Of a DNA stretch of 64,000 nucleotides, positions 43,778-52,731 are shown one piece after another. The stretch lies in contig JAPKBZ010000015.1 in the NCBI GenBank assembly GCA_028823175.1, positions 3,523 through 67,522 on the forward strand. The letters run 5' to 3'. The notes beneath the pieces were generated by a model. It saw nothing but the letters and a program-made list of their open reading frames with translations. It did not search any database and was not told where the DNA came from. The translations under genes and the position numbers were made by a program. This stretch comes from Myxococcota bacterium (lineage in GTDB: Bacteria; Myxococcota_A; UBA9160; UBA4427). Position 1 is the first letter of the stretch. Every line of letters starts with the position of its first letter.

Positions 43778-45316
43778 ATGAGCGGCAAAGAAGAAAGCGA
43801 CAGCGGGCCAAGCACCCACGCCCAGCCGACCCGGGAAATCATCGTCGTCGGCGGAAGCGCGGCGGGGCTCTTCGCAGCACTCGCCCTTTCCCGCCAGGGC
43901 CACCGGGTCACCGTCCTCGAGGGCGAATCCCTGCCCGCTTGCGACTCCCCCATGGAGGCGTTCGACCTCTGGGAGCGGAGAGGCGCTCCCCAGACGCGTC
44001 ATTCCCACGCCTTCCTCGCGCGCCTCCACAACGGCATCCGCGAGAGGGCCCCCAAACTCTATGAAGAACTAATCGCCGCCGGAGCCGCGCCCCTGCCCTT
44101 CAGCGATCTCGTCCGAGGCACTTTCAAAAACCCGGAACTCGTCCCCGAGGACGATGAGATCGTCTTGCTGGCGTGTCGCCGAATCACCTTGGACTGGACC
44201 CTGCGCCGCCATATCGAAGAGTCGACCTCGGCTCGTTACCGGGCGGGCATCAAGGTGACTGGCCTCGTCGCCCAGCTCGACGAGGCGTCCGGCCTGCCCC
44301 GAGTAGAAGGCGTCGAGATCCTGAACTCGGAGGGCGAGCAAGAGACCCTGCCGGCCGACCTGGTCGTTGACGCCTCTGGCCGAAATACCCAACTCGCCCA
44401 ATGGCTCGAAGCCATCGGAGCCGCAGCCCTCGAAAAGGACTCCGAGGGCTGCGGAATCTTCTACTGCTCGCGCTTCTACCGGGTCATCGAAGGCGTCACC
44501 CCGCCCACCCTCGAGGGCCCCATCGGTGGCGACCTCGGCTACCTCAAATACGCAATCTTCATGGGGGATTCGCAGATCTTCTCGATCACCCTCGCCGCTT
44601 CCCCAGGCGACGATGCCCTGCGCAAGGTCCGCGACGCCGAAACCTTCCAGGCCGTCGCGCAGTCACTTCCCACGACGGGGCCGTGGGTGGCGCCCGAAGT
44701 TTCCGAACCCATCACCGACGTCTACACCTACGCCAATCTCAAGAACACGCTTCGGTACTTCGTACGAGACGAGAAGCCCCTGGCATTGGGGGTCTACCCC
44801 ATCGGCGACGCCCTGATGCACCAGAACCCCATCTCGGGCCGGGGCTGTACGTCGGCCTGGATTTCCGCCTGGCTGCTCGCCGACGCCTACGCCCACCACC
44901 CCGACGACGCCCTCGCCTTCGCCCAGGAAATCGACGCGGGCATCGCCAGGGAACTCGTCCCCTGGTACGCAAACTCGCTCGAGCAGGATCGCGCCGCCAA
45001 GGAGCGCGACCAGGTCGACAACCGGGGCGACGACCCCTTCGCCTTCCAGCGCGACGACGGCACAATCGACCCCAAAGCCTACATGCGCTCGGTCCTCGTA
45101 CACGGCCTGGTTCCCGCGCTGCGCGAGGATATCGTGGTTCTTCGAGCCTTCATGCGGGTCTTCAACATGCTCGACAGCCCCCAAGACCTGATGGCCGCCC
45201 CAGACCTTCTTACGCGAGTCCTGGCGATCTGGCAGGGCCGAGAGGAACGCGAACCACTCAGACTGGGCCCGACCCGGGCGGAAATGCTCGAAGAAATCAC
45301 CCCGCCGCCAGTGTGA
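43778..45316 (+). CDS. FAD-dependent oxidoreductase/monooxygenase
   Basis: IIVVGGSAAGL..VLE, RRGAPQTRHSH, ADLVVDASGR, IGDALMHQNPISGRG. Confidence 0.85.
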   Translation: MSGKEESDSGPSTHAQPTREIIVVGGSAAGLFAALALSRQGHRVTVLEGESLPACDSPMEAFDLWERRGAPQTRHSHAFLARLHNGIRERAPKLYEELIAAGAAPLPFSDLVRGTFKNPELVPEDDEIVLLACRRITLDWTLRRHIEESTSARYRAGIKVTGLVAQLDEASGLPRVEGVEILNSEGEQETLPADLVVDASGRNTQLAQWLEAIGAAALEKDSEGCGIFYCSRFYRVIEGVTPPTLEGPIGGDLGYLKYAIFMGDSQIFSITLAASPGDDALRKVRDAETFQAVAQSLPTTGPWVAPEVSEPITDVYTYANLKNTLRYFVRDEKPLALGVYPIGDALMHQNPISGRGCTSAWISAWLLADAYAHHPDDALAFAQEIDAGIARELVPWYANSLEQDRAAKERDQVDNRGDDPFAFQRDDGTIDPKAYMRSVLVHGLVPALREDIVVLRAFMRVFNMLDSPQDLMAAPDLLTRVLAIWQGREEREPLRLGPTRAEMLEEITPPPV

Positions 45317-45341
45317 TGGGCTGCTATTGATAGGGACTCCG

Positions 45342-46127
45342 ATGACCCAGCCCCCCCCTCCCCTTCAAGAGTCACCCCGCACCGCCATCGTCACCGGCGC
45401 GTCGTCGGGACTCGGCGTGGCCATCGCCCGGGGACTGGGCGCCCTGGGCTGGCGGGTGGCCATCGGTGCCCGGCGAACGGATCGCCTCCAGGACACCGCT
45501 CGGGAAGTCGAAGAGGCGGGCGGGCGGGCATTCGCCCACGCCCTCGATGTCGCCGACCCGGAATCCGTCGACCGCTTCTTCACGGCCGTGGAAGCCGAAT
45601 TCGGGCGGGTGGACGTGGTGGTGAACAATGCGGGGATGAGTCACCCGGGCTTGCTCAAGGACGCCGAACCCGCGGAGATCGGCGAAGAAATCGCCGTCAA
45701 CCTCGCCGGCGCGGCGTACATGTGCCAGAGAGCTCTGGGGCCCCTCTATGCCGCCCGCTCACGCGGCGATTTTATTTTCATCAGTTCGGATGCCAAGCGC
45801 TCTCCCAGACCCTATCAGGCGATCTACACCGCTACCAAGGCGGGCCTCGAAGGCCTCGCCGCGGCGCTGGCCCTGGAATTCGAGGGCACCGGCCTGCGCT
45901 CTACGGTCATTCGGGTCGGCCCGGCGATGAGCGAATATGCCTCGAATTGGGGGGAGTCCGTCATCACCAAACTCGTAGAGCGCTGGCAGCATTTCGGTCT
46001 GCAGCGCCATCTGGCGATGATGCCCGGCGAAGCCATCGCCCGAGCTGTCGTCACCGCGGTCACGACACCCGAGGGCGTTCGCATCGATACGCTCGAGGTA
46101 CAACCCGAGGCGCCCCGCGATCCCTGA
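45342..46127 (+). CDS. SDR family oxidoreductase
   Basis: TGASSGLG, NNAG, ISS, YTATK. Confidence 0.93.
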   Translation: MTQPPPPLQESPRTAIVTGASSGLGVAIARGLGALGWRVAIGARRTDRLQDTAREVEEAGGRAFAHALDVADPESVDRFFTAVEAEFGRVDVVVNNAGMSHPGLLKDAEPAEIGEEIAVNLAGAAYMCQRALGPLYAARSRGDFIFISSDAKRSPRPYQAIYTATKAGLEGLAAALALEFEGTGLRSTVIRVGPAMSEYASNWGESVITKLVERWQHFGLQRHLAMMPGEAIARAVVTAVTTPEGVRIDTLEVQPEAPRDP

Positions 46128-46170
46128 TCGTCTGCGCGCCGGAGCTGAAAAACAACGAAAGGGAATCATC

Positions 46171-46572
46171 ATGGCCGAGAGCGACCGTTGGGAGCGCGGA
46201 CTCGAAAAGTTCAAGGAGGTGTACTGCGGCGATGTCGCCCCCCTGCCCAAGGGCAGCAGCGATTTTTTCGACCTGATGATGGAGAACCTTTTTGGCGACG
46301 TCTGGACGCGCCCGGCCCTCAGCCAACGCGACCGTCGCATGCTCATGCTCGGCGCCATCGCGGCCCTCGGCGAGGGCATGACCTTCGGCATCCAGGCCCG
46401 GGCGGCGCTCAAGAACGATGAACTCTCGCCCGAACAACTTCGCGAAGTCCTGATCCACCTGACCCAATACGTCGGCTATCCCCGGGTCGCGCCCTTGATC
46501 GGCGTGGTCGAAAAACAGATCGCCGAAGTTGGCGCCGAAGTGAGCGCCGAGGTCGGCGCCAAAGAGGACTGA
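46171..46572 (+). CDS. Carboxymuconolactone decarboxylase family protein
   Basis: FGDVWTRPALSQRDR, YVGYP; C-terminal AEVG/AEVS 12-bp repeats. Confidence 0.88.
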   Translation: MAESDRWERGLEKFKEVYCGDVAPLPKGSSDFFDLMMENLFGDVWTRPALSQRDRRMLMLGAIAALGEGMTFGIQARAALKNDELSPEQLREVLIHLTQYVGYPRVAPLIGVVEKQIAEVGAEVSAEVGAKED

Positions 46573-46608
46573 AACCGGGGGCGGACCGCCGGCCGCGGCG
46601 GCCCTCGC

Positions 46609-48201
46609 TCAGATCGACCCGGGCTTTCGGCGCCCCAGAAAACCCCGAAAGCTCCCGCCCACCACGCCCACAAGGCACACGTAGGGAAAGAGCCAACCCC
46701 AACGCGCATAGACCGTCGGGGAATCCTCAGTATTCCGCGGCAGGAGCACGTCGGCGACGAGGGTCTCCGGCGGGTAGAGGTGTGCGGTCTCCGCCTCGAC
46801 CGGGCGCAGGGGCAGGTGGGATACGCGGCGGCCGTTGTAATCCACCACCGCACTCACTCCTGTGCTTGTGCTGCGAACCAGGGGAACTCTGTGCTCCACG
46901 CTCCGGAATTGGGAAAGGGCCAGGTGCTCCCAGGGTTCGGCGGTATCGCCGTACCAAGCGTCGATGGTCGCGTTGACAAAGAGTTCCACCCCGCCCGGCA
47001 GGCCCGCCACCCGGCGCACAAAGCCCGGGATGATGTCCTCGTAGCAGATCAATGGGCCCAGGGCGGTCACCTGCCCCGCTCCTTCCAGGACAAATCGCAC
47101 GGGGCCACTCCCGGCTTCGAGGTGGGCGATCCCCGGAATGCGCTGGCTGAGCCAATCGGGATCCAGCAAGGGCACCGACTCACCCAGGGGCACGAGATTG
47201 ACCTTGTCATAGCGGCCGACCACGACGCCGTCGGGGTCGAGGAGGTAGGCGCTGTTGTATCCGTAGCGCGCGTTGGGCGCGATGGAGCCGGCCCCCAGGA
47301 AAGTGGGCACTCGGTGCTGCGCCATCACCCTCCCCCGGCCCAGAGCACGATCACCCGGAAAGGGGCGCGCGACGCGGTAGGGGAAGGTTCCCGCCTCGGG
47401 CCAGACGATGAATTCGACCCCTCGACCAGCCAATTGGGCCGAGGAGGCGCGCAGACGATCGAGGCGCTCGGCCGCCGACATCCCCCCCACTGGAATATTG
47501 GGTTGGACGATCCCGACCCGAAGCGAGCGACCGCCCTCGGCCTCGGCGTCGAGAGCGGCCATACGAACGTTGCCGTAGCCGAACATCAAGGTAGGAATCA
47601 GCAGCACCGCGGCCAGATCCCCAATGCGAGTTCTCCGGCTCGTGTGCATCACGACCCCCGCCGCGGCGACCGCCCATACGATCACTAAGGCCTCGAGTAG
47701 AGGCACTCCCCCGAGTTCGGCGAGTTGCATGAAAGCCGGGGACTCGGCGAAGCCGATCAGCGGTGTGTAGGGAAAGAGATTGGGCCAGCTGAATTGCAGG
47801 CTCACGAACAGGGCTGCCGGCCAAGCGTAGGACGCCCAGCCCCGCCAGGGCCCGAGACGCAACCCGAGCGCCCAAAGCGCGTAGGGGACCGACATCCAGA
47901 GCGCGAAGAGCACGAGCCCGGCGATCCCCAAAGGCCAGGGCATCCCCGCAAAGCGCACCAGCAATTCGGCGATCCAGGAGAAGCCGACGAGCCCGATTCC
48001 CAAGCCGCCCGCCAGACCGAGCAGCAACGCCTCGCGCCGGGTGACCTGGGGGCGACGGGCGAGCAACAAAAGCGGCACAAAACCCAGCCAATGCCCGGGG
48101 AGCCAGCCAGCGGGGGGGGCGCCCAAAGCAATCAGCAGGGACGAAAAGGAGGCCAAGACTAAGCTCGGCCCGAACCCCAATCCAAGAATCCAAGCCCGCA
48201 T
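46609..48201 (-). CDS. lnt: Apolipoprotein N-acyltransferase
   Basis: Multi-TM N-terminus; VQPNI, WPE, YNSA, YDK..LVPLGE, ICYE, RSVE..LVRSTSTGVS nitrilase triad. Start 48201 or 48240. Confidence 0.92.
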   Translation of the reverse strand: MRAWILGLGFGPSLVLASFSSLLIALGAPPAGWLPGHWLGFVPLLLLARRPQVTRREALLLGLAGGLGIGLVGFSWIAELLVRFAGMPWPLGIAGLVLFALWMSVPYALWALGLRLGPWRGWASYAWPAALFVSLQFSWPNLFPYTPLIGFAESPAFMQLAELGGVPLLEALVIVWAVAAAGVVMHTSRRTRIGDLAAVLLIPTLMFGYGNVRMAALDAEAEGGRSLRVGIVQPNIPVGGMSAAERLDRLRASSAQLAGRGVEFIVWPEAGTFPYRVARPFPGDRALGRGRVMAQHRVPTFLGAGSIAPNARYGYNSAYLLDPDGVVVGRYDKVNLVPLGESVPLLDPDWLSQRIPGIAHLEAGSGPVRFVLEGAGQVTALGPLICYEDIIPGFVRRVAGLPGGVELFVNATIDAWYGDTAEPWEHLALSQFRSVEHRVPLVRSTSTGVSAVVDYNGRRVSHLPLRPVEAETAHLYPPETLVADVLLPRNTEDSPTVYARWGWLFPYVCLVGVVGGSFRGFLGRRKPGSI

Positions 48202-48271
48202 CCCGGGAGCGTGGACGATCGCAGCCGTCGGCGCCAGCACCCCATATAGCTCTCCGACCCCGGTGGGAATC

Positions 48272-48325
48272 GTTGGGGCAGTTGGGGTCGTCGGGGTAGT
48301 TGGGGTCGTCGGGGCAGTTGGGGTA
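48272..48325. repeat. 9-bp tandem repeat GTYGGGGYM x6 (six G4 runs)
   Basis: GTTGGGGCA GTTGGGGTC GTCGGGGTA GTTGGGGTC GTCGGGGCA GTTGGGGTA; intergenic, upstream of lnt. Confidence 0.92.
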
Positions 48326-48334
48326 AACGAAGAA

Positions 48335-48754
48335 TCAGTGCAACGTGCAGGCGACGAAGATTCGGGTCAGAACATCCTTCACCTTCAATTCCCCGATGTC
48401 GGCTCCGGCCTCGTAGAACTGGATTCGGAAATCCGGGGGTTCCTGGGCCGGAAATTCATCGGCGAAGGCCCCGGTGAGCCGATCGAGAACCTGAACGGCC
48501 TGCTCGCGATCCACGTCGGCGAGGTGCACCACCGCGCGTTCACGGGTCATCCGAAAGATCCCGTCCTCGACTCTCAAGGCGCTCTGGAGATAGTGGATGT
48601 ACTCGGGAAAAGTCGTGTCGCCCTCGTTAGCCACGAGGCCAACGATGACCGAGGGAACCGAGTACTCGCTCGCGAGTTTGGAAACCCGGGATACCAAGGC
48701 ACTGAGCTTGCGGGGATCGTCTGCCAATTCGTCGGTCATAAGAGTTTGAAACAT
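48335..48754 (-). CDS. Small hypothetical protein, degenerate GGDEF-like fold with RxxD site
   Basis: LQSALRVEDGIFRMTRERAVVHLADVDREQAVQVLDRL aligns by eye with the GGDEF core LRxxDxxxRxGGDEFxxLL..A..v.eRL. Confidence 0.6.
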   Translation of the reverse strand: MFQTLMTDELADDPRKLSALVSRVSKLASEYSVPSVIVGLVANEGDTTFPEYIHYLQSALRVEDGIFRMTRERAVVHLADVDREQAVQVLDRLTGAFADEFPAQEPPDFRIQFYEAGADIGELKVKDVLTRIFVACTLH

Positions 48755-48911
48755 ACACCGAACACATCGGACGCGATCCTCCAAATCTTTAGCCAAACCC
48801 AAAAACTTTCGCCGGGGCAAAATGCCCCAACTTTTCACCCCTCCGTCCTCGGGCAGGCGCCCGGTGGGGTGCTAAACAGTCGGACCAGCGAACAGGAGGA
48901 GTTCTGTCCCC

Positions 48912-49403
48912 ATGCGCCCGCACGAAATCTTTGCCTCGATGCCCCCCGAACAGACCACCGCCTTCTTCGGCACCCTGTCGGATGAGTGCCCCGCGGTCTT
49001 CCAGCAGGCCGTCCACGCCGCCTCGCTGGCCATGAAGAGCCGGCCCCGCTACCTGCTCAAACAACCCCTTGAAAAACAGGCACTTGCGGTTCGCCGAGCG
49101 CTCGCCCGAGTGGCCGCTGGACCCCTCGCCGAAGAGATTCTGGCCTCCTATTTTATCGAGTGCCGCAAGGAGGTCCTGGAGGCCTGGCTCGACCGCGTCG
49201 GACTCGAACACGAGAACGGTGTCCTCAAAGAGAACGCTCCGGAGCCGCCTGACCCGGCCCAGCTGGCCGAGCACGTCGCGGGCTACCTCGACGAGTCCGA
49301 CGACCCGGACCGCCCGCTGCTCTTGAGGGCCTTCGGTGCCCAATCCTCCATCGACTGGCCCGAACTCGACGGACTGGCCAAGGCGCACCCGGCGAAGGCG
49401 TAG
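48912..49403 (+). CDS. Hypothetical helical protein
   Basis: AGGAGG RBS and ATG start, GC3-rich codon usage; no family recognised. Confidence 0.75.
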   Translation: MRPHEIFASMPPEQTTAFFGTLSDECPAVFQQAVHAASLAMKSRPRYLLKQPLEKQALAVRRALARVAAGPLAEEILASYFIECRKEVLEAWLDRVGLEHENGVLKENAPEPPDPAQLAEHVAGYLDESDDPDRPLLLRAFGAQSSIDWPELDGLAKAHPAKA

Positions 49404-49455
49404 AGCCCGGCCGCGCGCAAGCGGCAGCCGGGCTCGCGGATCCTCGTCTTCGCGA

Positions 49456-50310
49456 TCAGTCGCGCAGGGTGATGGCCGCGTTGCTGATGAGCACCTCGTC
49501 GCGTTCCTTCGACCGGGCCTCGATCACGAGCTTGTTTCCCTCGCGCCAATACGAGGTCTGGTACGTCTCACCCGGGAAGCCGACCCCCCGGAAGCGCGCC
49601 TGATATCGGCCCACTCGGTCGGTATCGCCGTCGAGGGCGTGATCCACCACCGCTTTGCAGACGATGCCAAAGGAGCAGAGGCCGTGGATGATGGGCTTGT
49701 CGAAGCCCGCCATCTTGGCGATATCGGGGTCAGCGTGCAGGGGGTTCTTGTCGCCCGAGAGGCGGTAAAGAAGAGCCTGCTGCGGGAGAGTCTGCGACTC
49801 GACGACCCCGTCGGGCTCGCGGTCGGGTCGCTCATTGCCCGCCTTGGGGCCCGGCTCGCCCCCAAAGCCACCCTCGCCCCGCAGAAAAAGGCCAAAGCGA
49901 TTCGTGAAGAGGGGCTCGCCCGCCTCGTCCGAGGACTCGACCTCGAGCACGCAGAGCGCCGCCTTGCCCTTATCCCAGAGCTCCGCGACCCGACTTCGGT
50001 TGGTGACCGTGGCGGCCGTGGGCAGCGGCTTGTGGAGCGTGATGTCCTGTTCGCCGTGCAGAAGCATGGCAAAGTTGAAGGAGAGTCCTTCGACGGCGCC
50101 GATCCCGCCCATCGCCCCAAACACGGGGATCACGCCGAAGCTCGGAAGAACCCGCAGGTTTTTTTCGTAGGTATACGCGAGCTCTGCCTCGCTGGTGGGC
50201 GGAACGCCAGCCCCGATGCCGAGGTGGTAGAGAATGACGTCGTCCTGGGTCCATGAGTACTGGCCTTCGCCGAGTTCGGCGCCTAGGGCCTTGCTGGGAT
50301 CAATGGGCAT
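49456..50310 (-). CDS. Double hot-dog (R)-specific enoyl-CoA hydratase 2 (MaoC/MFE-2 hydratase-like)
   Basis: DVILYHLGIGA, LLHGEQ, hydratase-2 motif YRLSGDKNPLHADP..AGFDKPIIHGLC. Confidence 0.92.
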   Translation of the reverse strand: MPIDPSKALGAELGEGQYSWTQDDVILYHLGIGAGVPPTSEAELAYTYEKNLRVLPSFGVIPVFGAMGGIGAVEGLSFNFAMLLHGEQDITLHKPLPTAATVTNRSRVAELWDKGKAALCVLEVESSDEAGEPLFTNRFGLFLRGEGGFGGEPGPKAGNERPDREPDGVVESQTLPQQALLYRLSGDKNPLHADPDIAKMAGFDKPIIHGLCSFGIVCKAVVDHALDGDTDRVGRYQARFRGVGFPGETYQTSYWREGNKLVIEARSKERDEVLISNAAITLRD

Positions 50311-50372
50311 TTTCGTCTCCTAGAGAAAAGTGCAAAGCGATGTCCCTCCTCGAGAAACTCGAGGAAAGAGCT

Positions 50373-51275
50373 TTAATCGGACAGGGACTGCGCGATCAGC
50401 CGCATCTCGTCGGCGATGCTACCGGGAATGGTGTAGTCGCCGGGCTCGTGGATCTGGGCAAAATTCGCCTGGATATCCTCGGCCGTGGGCGTCCCCTTCT
50501 TGTCGGTCCAGCCCGGGGCCAGACCGATGAAGATGCGGGCGAAACGACCGCCACCCACGGAGTACACGCAGTGGGTTTGCTCGTTGGCTTCCGAGCAGAG
50601 GTAGACCACCAGGGGCGTCACCTTGTCGGCCTCCACGCGGTCGGCCATGGCGCCGAGCAATTCTTCGGTGAGCCGGGTCTTCGCGATCGGGGCGATCACG
50701 TTCGACTGGATATTATTCTTGGCGCCCTCCACGGCGAGCACGTTGGACAAGCCCACCAGGCCCATCTTGGCGGCGCCGTAATTGCTCTGGCCGAAATTAC
50801 CGAAGACCCCGGCGGCTGAAGTCGTGTGGACGAAGCGGCCGTAATTGCGCTCCTTCATCGCCCGGAAGGCGGGCTGGGAAACGTAGAACGCGCCCTTGAG
50901 GTGCACGTCGATCACGATTTCGAGCTCTTCCGGGGAGAGCTTGACGAAGGACTTGTCCCGGAGGATACCCGCGTTGTTCACCACGATATCGACCTGGCCA
51001 AAGGTATCGAGAGCGGTCTGGATGATCGCCTCACCGCCTTCAGGGGTGGAAACCGAATCGTAGTTGGCCACGGCGGTCCCGCCGGCTTCCTCGATTTCCT
51101 TGACCACCTGATCGGCCATGCTGCTGCTGCCACCGCTTCCATCGGAGGCGCCTCCCAAGTCATTGACCACGACTTTGCCGCCACGGCGGGCAAACTCCAG
51201 CGCGTAGGTGCGGCCCAGGCCGCCGCCGGCGCCCGTGATCACTGCCACACGATCATCGAATCGAATTTCACTCAC
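50373..51275 (-). CDS. SDR, MFE-2-type 3-hydroxyacyl-CoA dehydrogenase
   Basis: AAGGAG RBS; TGAGGGLG, VVVNDLGG, NNAGILRD, GNFGQSNYGAAK. Confidence 0.92.
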   Translation of the reverse strand: MSEIRFDDRVAVITGAGGGLGRTYALEFARRGGKVVVNDLGGASDGSGGSSSMADQVVKEIEEAGGTAVANYDSVSTPEGGEAIIQTALDTFGQVDIVVNNAGILRDKSFVKLSPEELEIVIDVHLKGAFYVSQPAFRAMKERNYGRFVHTTSAAGVFGNFGQSNYGAAKMGLVGLSNVLAVEGAKNNIQSNVIAPIAKTRLTEELLGAMADRVEADKVTPLVVYLCSEANEQTHCVYSVGGGRFARIFIGLAPGWTDKKGTPTAEDIQANFAQIHEPGDYTIPGSIADEMRLIAQSLSD

Positions 51276-51624
51276 GGTTATGCACTCCTTTGATAAAAAC
51301 GAAGGGCCCGCAGCGAGAAGCGCGGACCGAGCATCGGGCCCGAGGGACCGGGCCCGGGGGATCGAGGAACGATCCCGGGGCTTCGGACGCTAGCTCGCCT
51401 GGGGAAGGCGTCGACCCCGGGCGTGGCGGGAAATGGGCCCCGCTCCGGGCTCAGCGGCCCTGCCGAGCGCCTTCCCCCGAGCGCCTTCGCGGGTCTCGCC
51501 TGCCGAGGTCACAGAGGCCGAAAGAAGCCCTAATTTCGGGCGGTCCCGGCGAATCTCGACCCGGCCGAGAAACCACAGTGGGCCAGTGGGTCGTCGATTC
51601 TCGACATTGCCCTCAGCCGAACCC

Positions 51625-51665
51625 GGCGCTATTACCGAGGCGAAAGCAATCGCGGAGATAGCGCC
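51625..51665. promoter_or_regulatory. Inverted repeat/stem-loop upstream of the arsS-like operon
   Basis: GGCGCTAT (51625-32) pairs with ATAGCGCC (51658-65); inner CCG/CGG and GC-GAAA-GC; overlaps TTGCCC-N17-TATTAC. Confidence 0.4.
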
Positions 51666-51694
51666 CCCTGGCCCTCTAAAAGGAAAACCCCGCT

Positions 51695-52693
51695 TTGGCC
51701 CAAGAACAAGCACCCACCAAAGAGCCCGGGCATCGACGCTGGAGCGGCGAAGGCTTCGCCGAATCCCCCCTGGGCCGAATCACCCGGGACAGGGTCGAAG
51801 TCCTGCAGGTCAATATCGGTAAGCGATGCAACCTCGCTTGCCATCACTGCCACGTCGAATCCTCTCCCAAGCGCCGGGAAAAGCTCTCGCCCGAGGGCTG
51901 CGCCCGGATCCTGGAATTGTTGGCGCAAAACCCCGAGGTGCAGACCCTGGACCTCACCGGGGGCGCCCCGGAGCTCCACGAGGGATTCCGCGACCTGGTT
52001 GCCGGTGCCCGCGCCCTGGGCCGACGCGTCATCGACCGCTGCAATCTGACCGTTCTCTTCGAGGAGGGCCAGGAGGACACCGCTGAGTTCCTGGCGGATC
52101 AGGGCGTCGAGATCGTCGCCTCCCTCCCCTGCTATACCCCCGAAAACCTCGAGGCCCAGCGCGGGCGGGGCGTCTTCGCCGGGAGCATCGAGGCCCTCCG
52201 CCGACTGAACGCCTTGGGCTACGGAGCGGGCGACCGGGAGCGCGTCCTCGACCTCGTCTATAACCCCGGCGGCGCACACCTGCCTCCCCCCCAAGAGGAA
52301 CTCGAGGCCGAGTACCGGGTGCGGCTCGCCGAGGATTTCGGTATCCGCTTCGACCGTCTCCTCACTCTGACCAATATGCCCATCAAGCGTTTTGCCCATG
52401 ACCTCGCCCGACGCGGGCAGGTGGAGGCCTACATGGCCTTGCTTGTTGCCCATTTCAACCCCGCCACCCTGCCCGGCCTCATGTGCCGCAGCATGCTCAG
52501 CGTGGACCACCGGGGCCAGTTCTTCGACTGCGACTTCAACCAGGCCCTCGATCTGCCCGTGCATGGCCCCAAGCGGAATATCTGGGAAACGGATCGCCTG
52601 GCGGATCTCGCTCAGCAGCCGATTCGAACCGCTCCCCATTGTTTCGGCTGCACGGCGGGCACGGGTTCGAGCTGCTCCGGCGCCCTGGTCTAG
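51695..52693 (+). CDS. arsS: ArsS-family Cys-rich radical SAM protein (arsenosugar biosynthesis / rSAM_SeCys type, Cys form)
   Basis: LQVNIGKRCNLACHHCHVESSP, DLTGGAPE, IDRCNLT, SLPCY, LMCR, DCDFNQ, HCFGCTAGTGSSCSGAL. Confidence 0.9.
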   Translation: MAQEQAPTKEPGHRRWSGEGFAESPLGRITRDRVEVLQVNIGKRCNLACHHCHVESSPKRREKLSPEGCARILELLAQNPEVQTLDLTGGAPELHEGFRDLVAGARALGRRVIDRCNLTVLFEEGQEDTAEFLADQGVEIVASLPCYTPENLEAQRGRGVFAGSIEALRRLNALGYGAGDRERVLDLVYNPGGAHLPPPQEELEAEYRVRLAEDFGIRFDRLLTLTNMPIKRFAHDLARRGQVEAYMALLVAHFNPATLPGLMCRSMLSVDHRGQFFDCDFNQALDLPVHGPKRNIWETDRLADLAQQPIRTAPHCFGCTAGTGSSCSGALV

Positions 52694-52731
52694 GGGCAGG
52701 ACTATCCAGACCCGGTAGACTGCCCTGACCG

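Noticed and set aside
48272-48325. CRISPR array
   Set aside because: Units are 9 bp with no spacers, and there are no cas genes in the window.
52660-52693. Selenocysteine in the ArsS C-terminal GSS(C/U) motif
   Set aside because: The codon is TGC (Cys) and the gene ends at TAG; there is no in-frame TGA.
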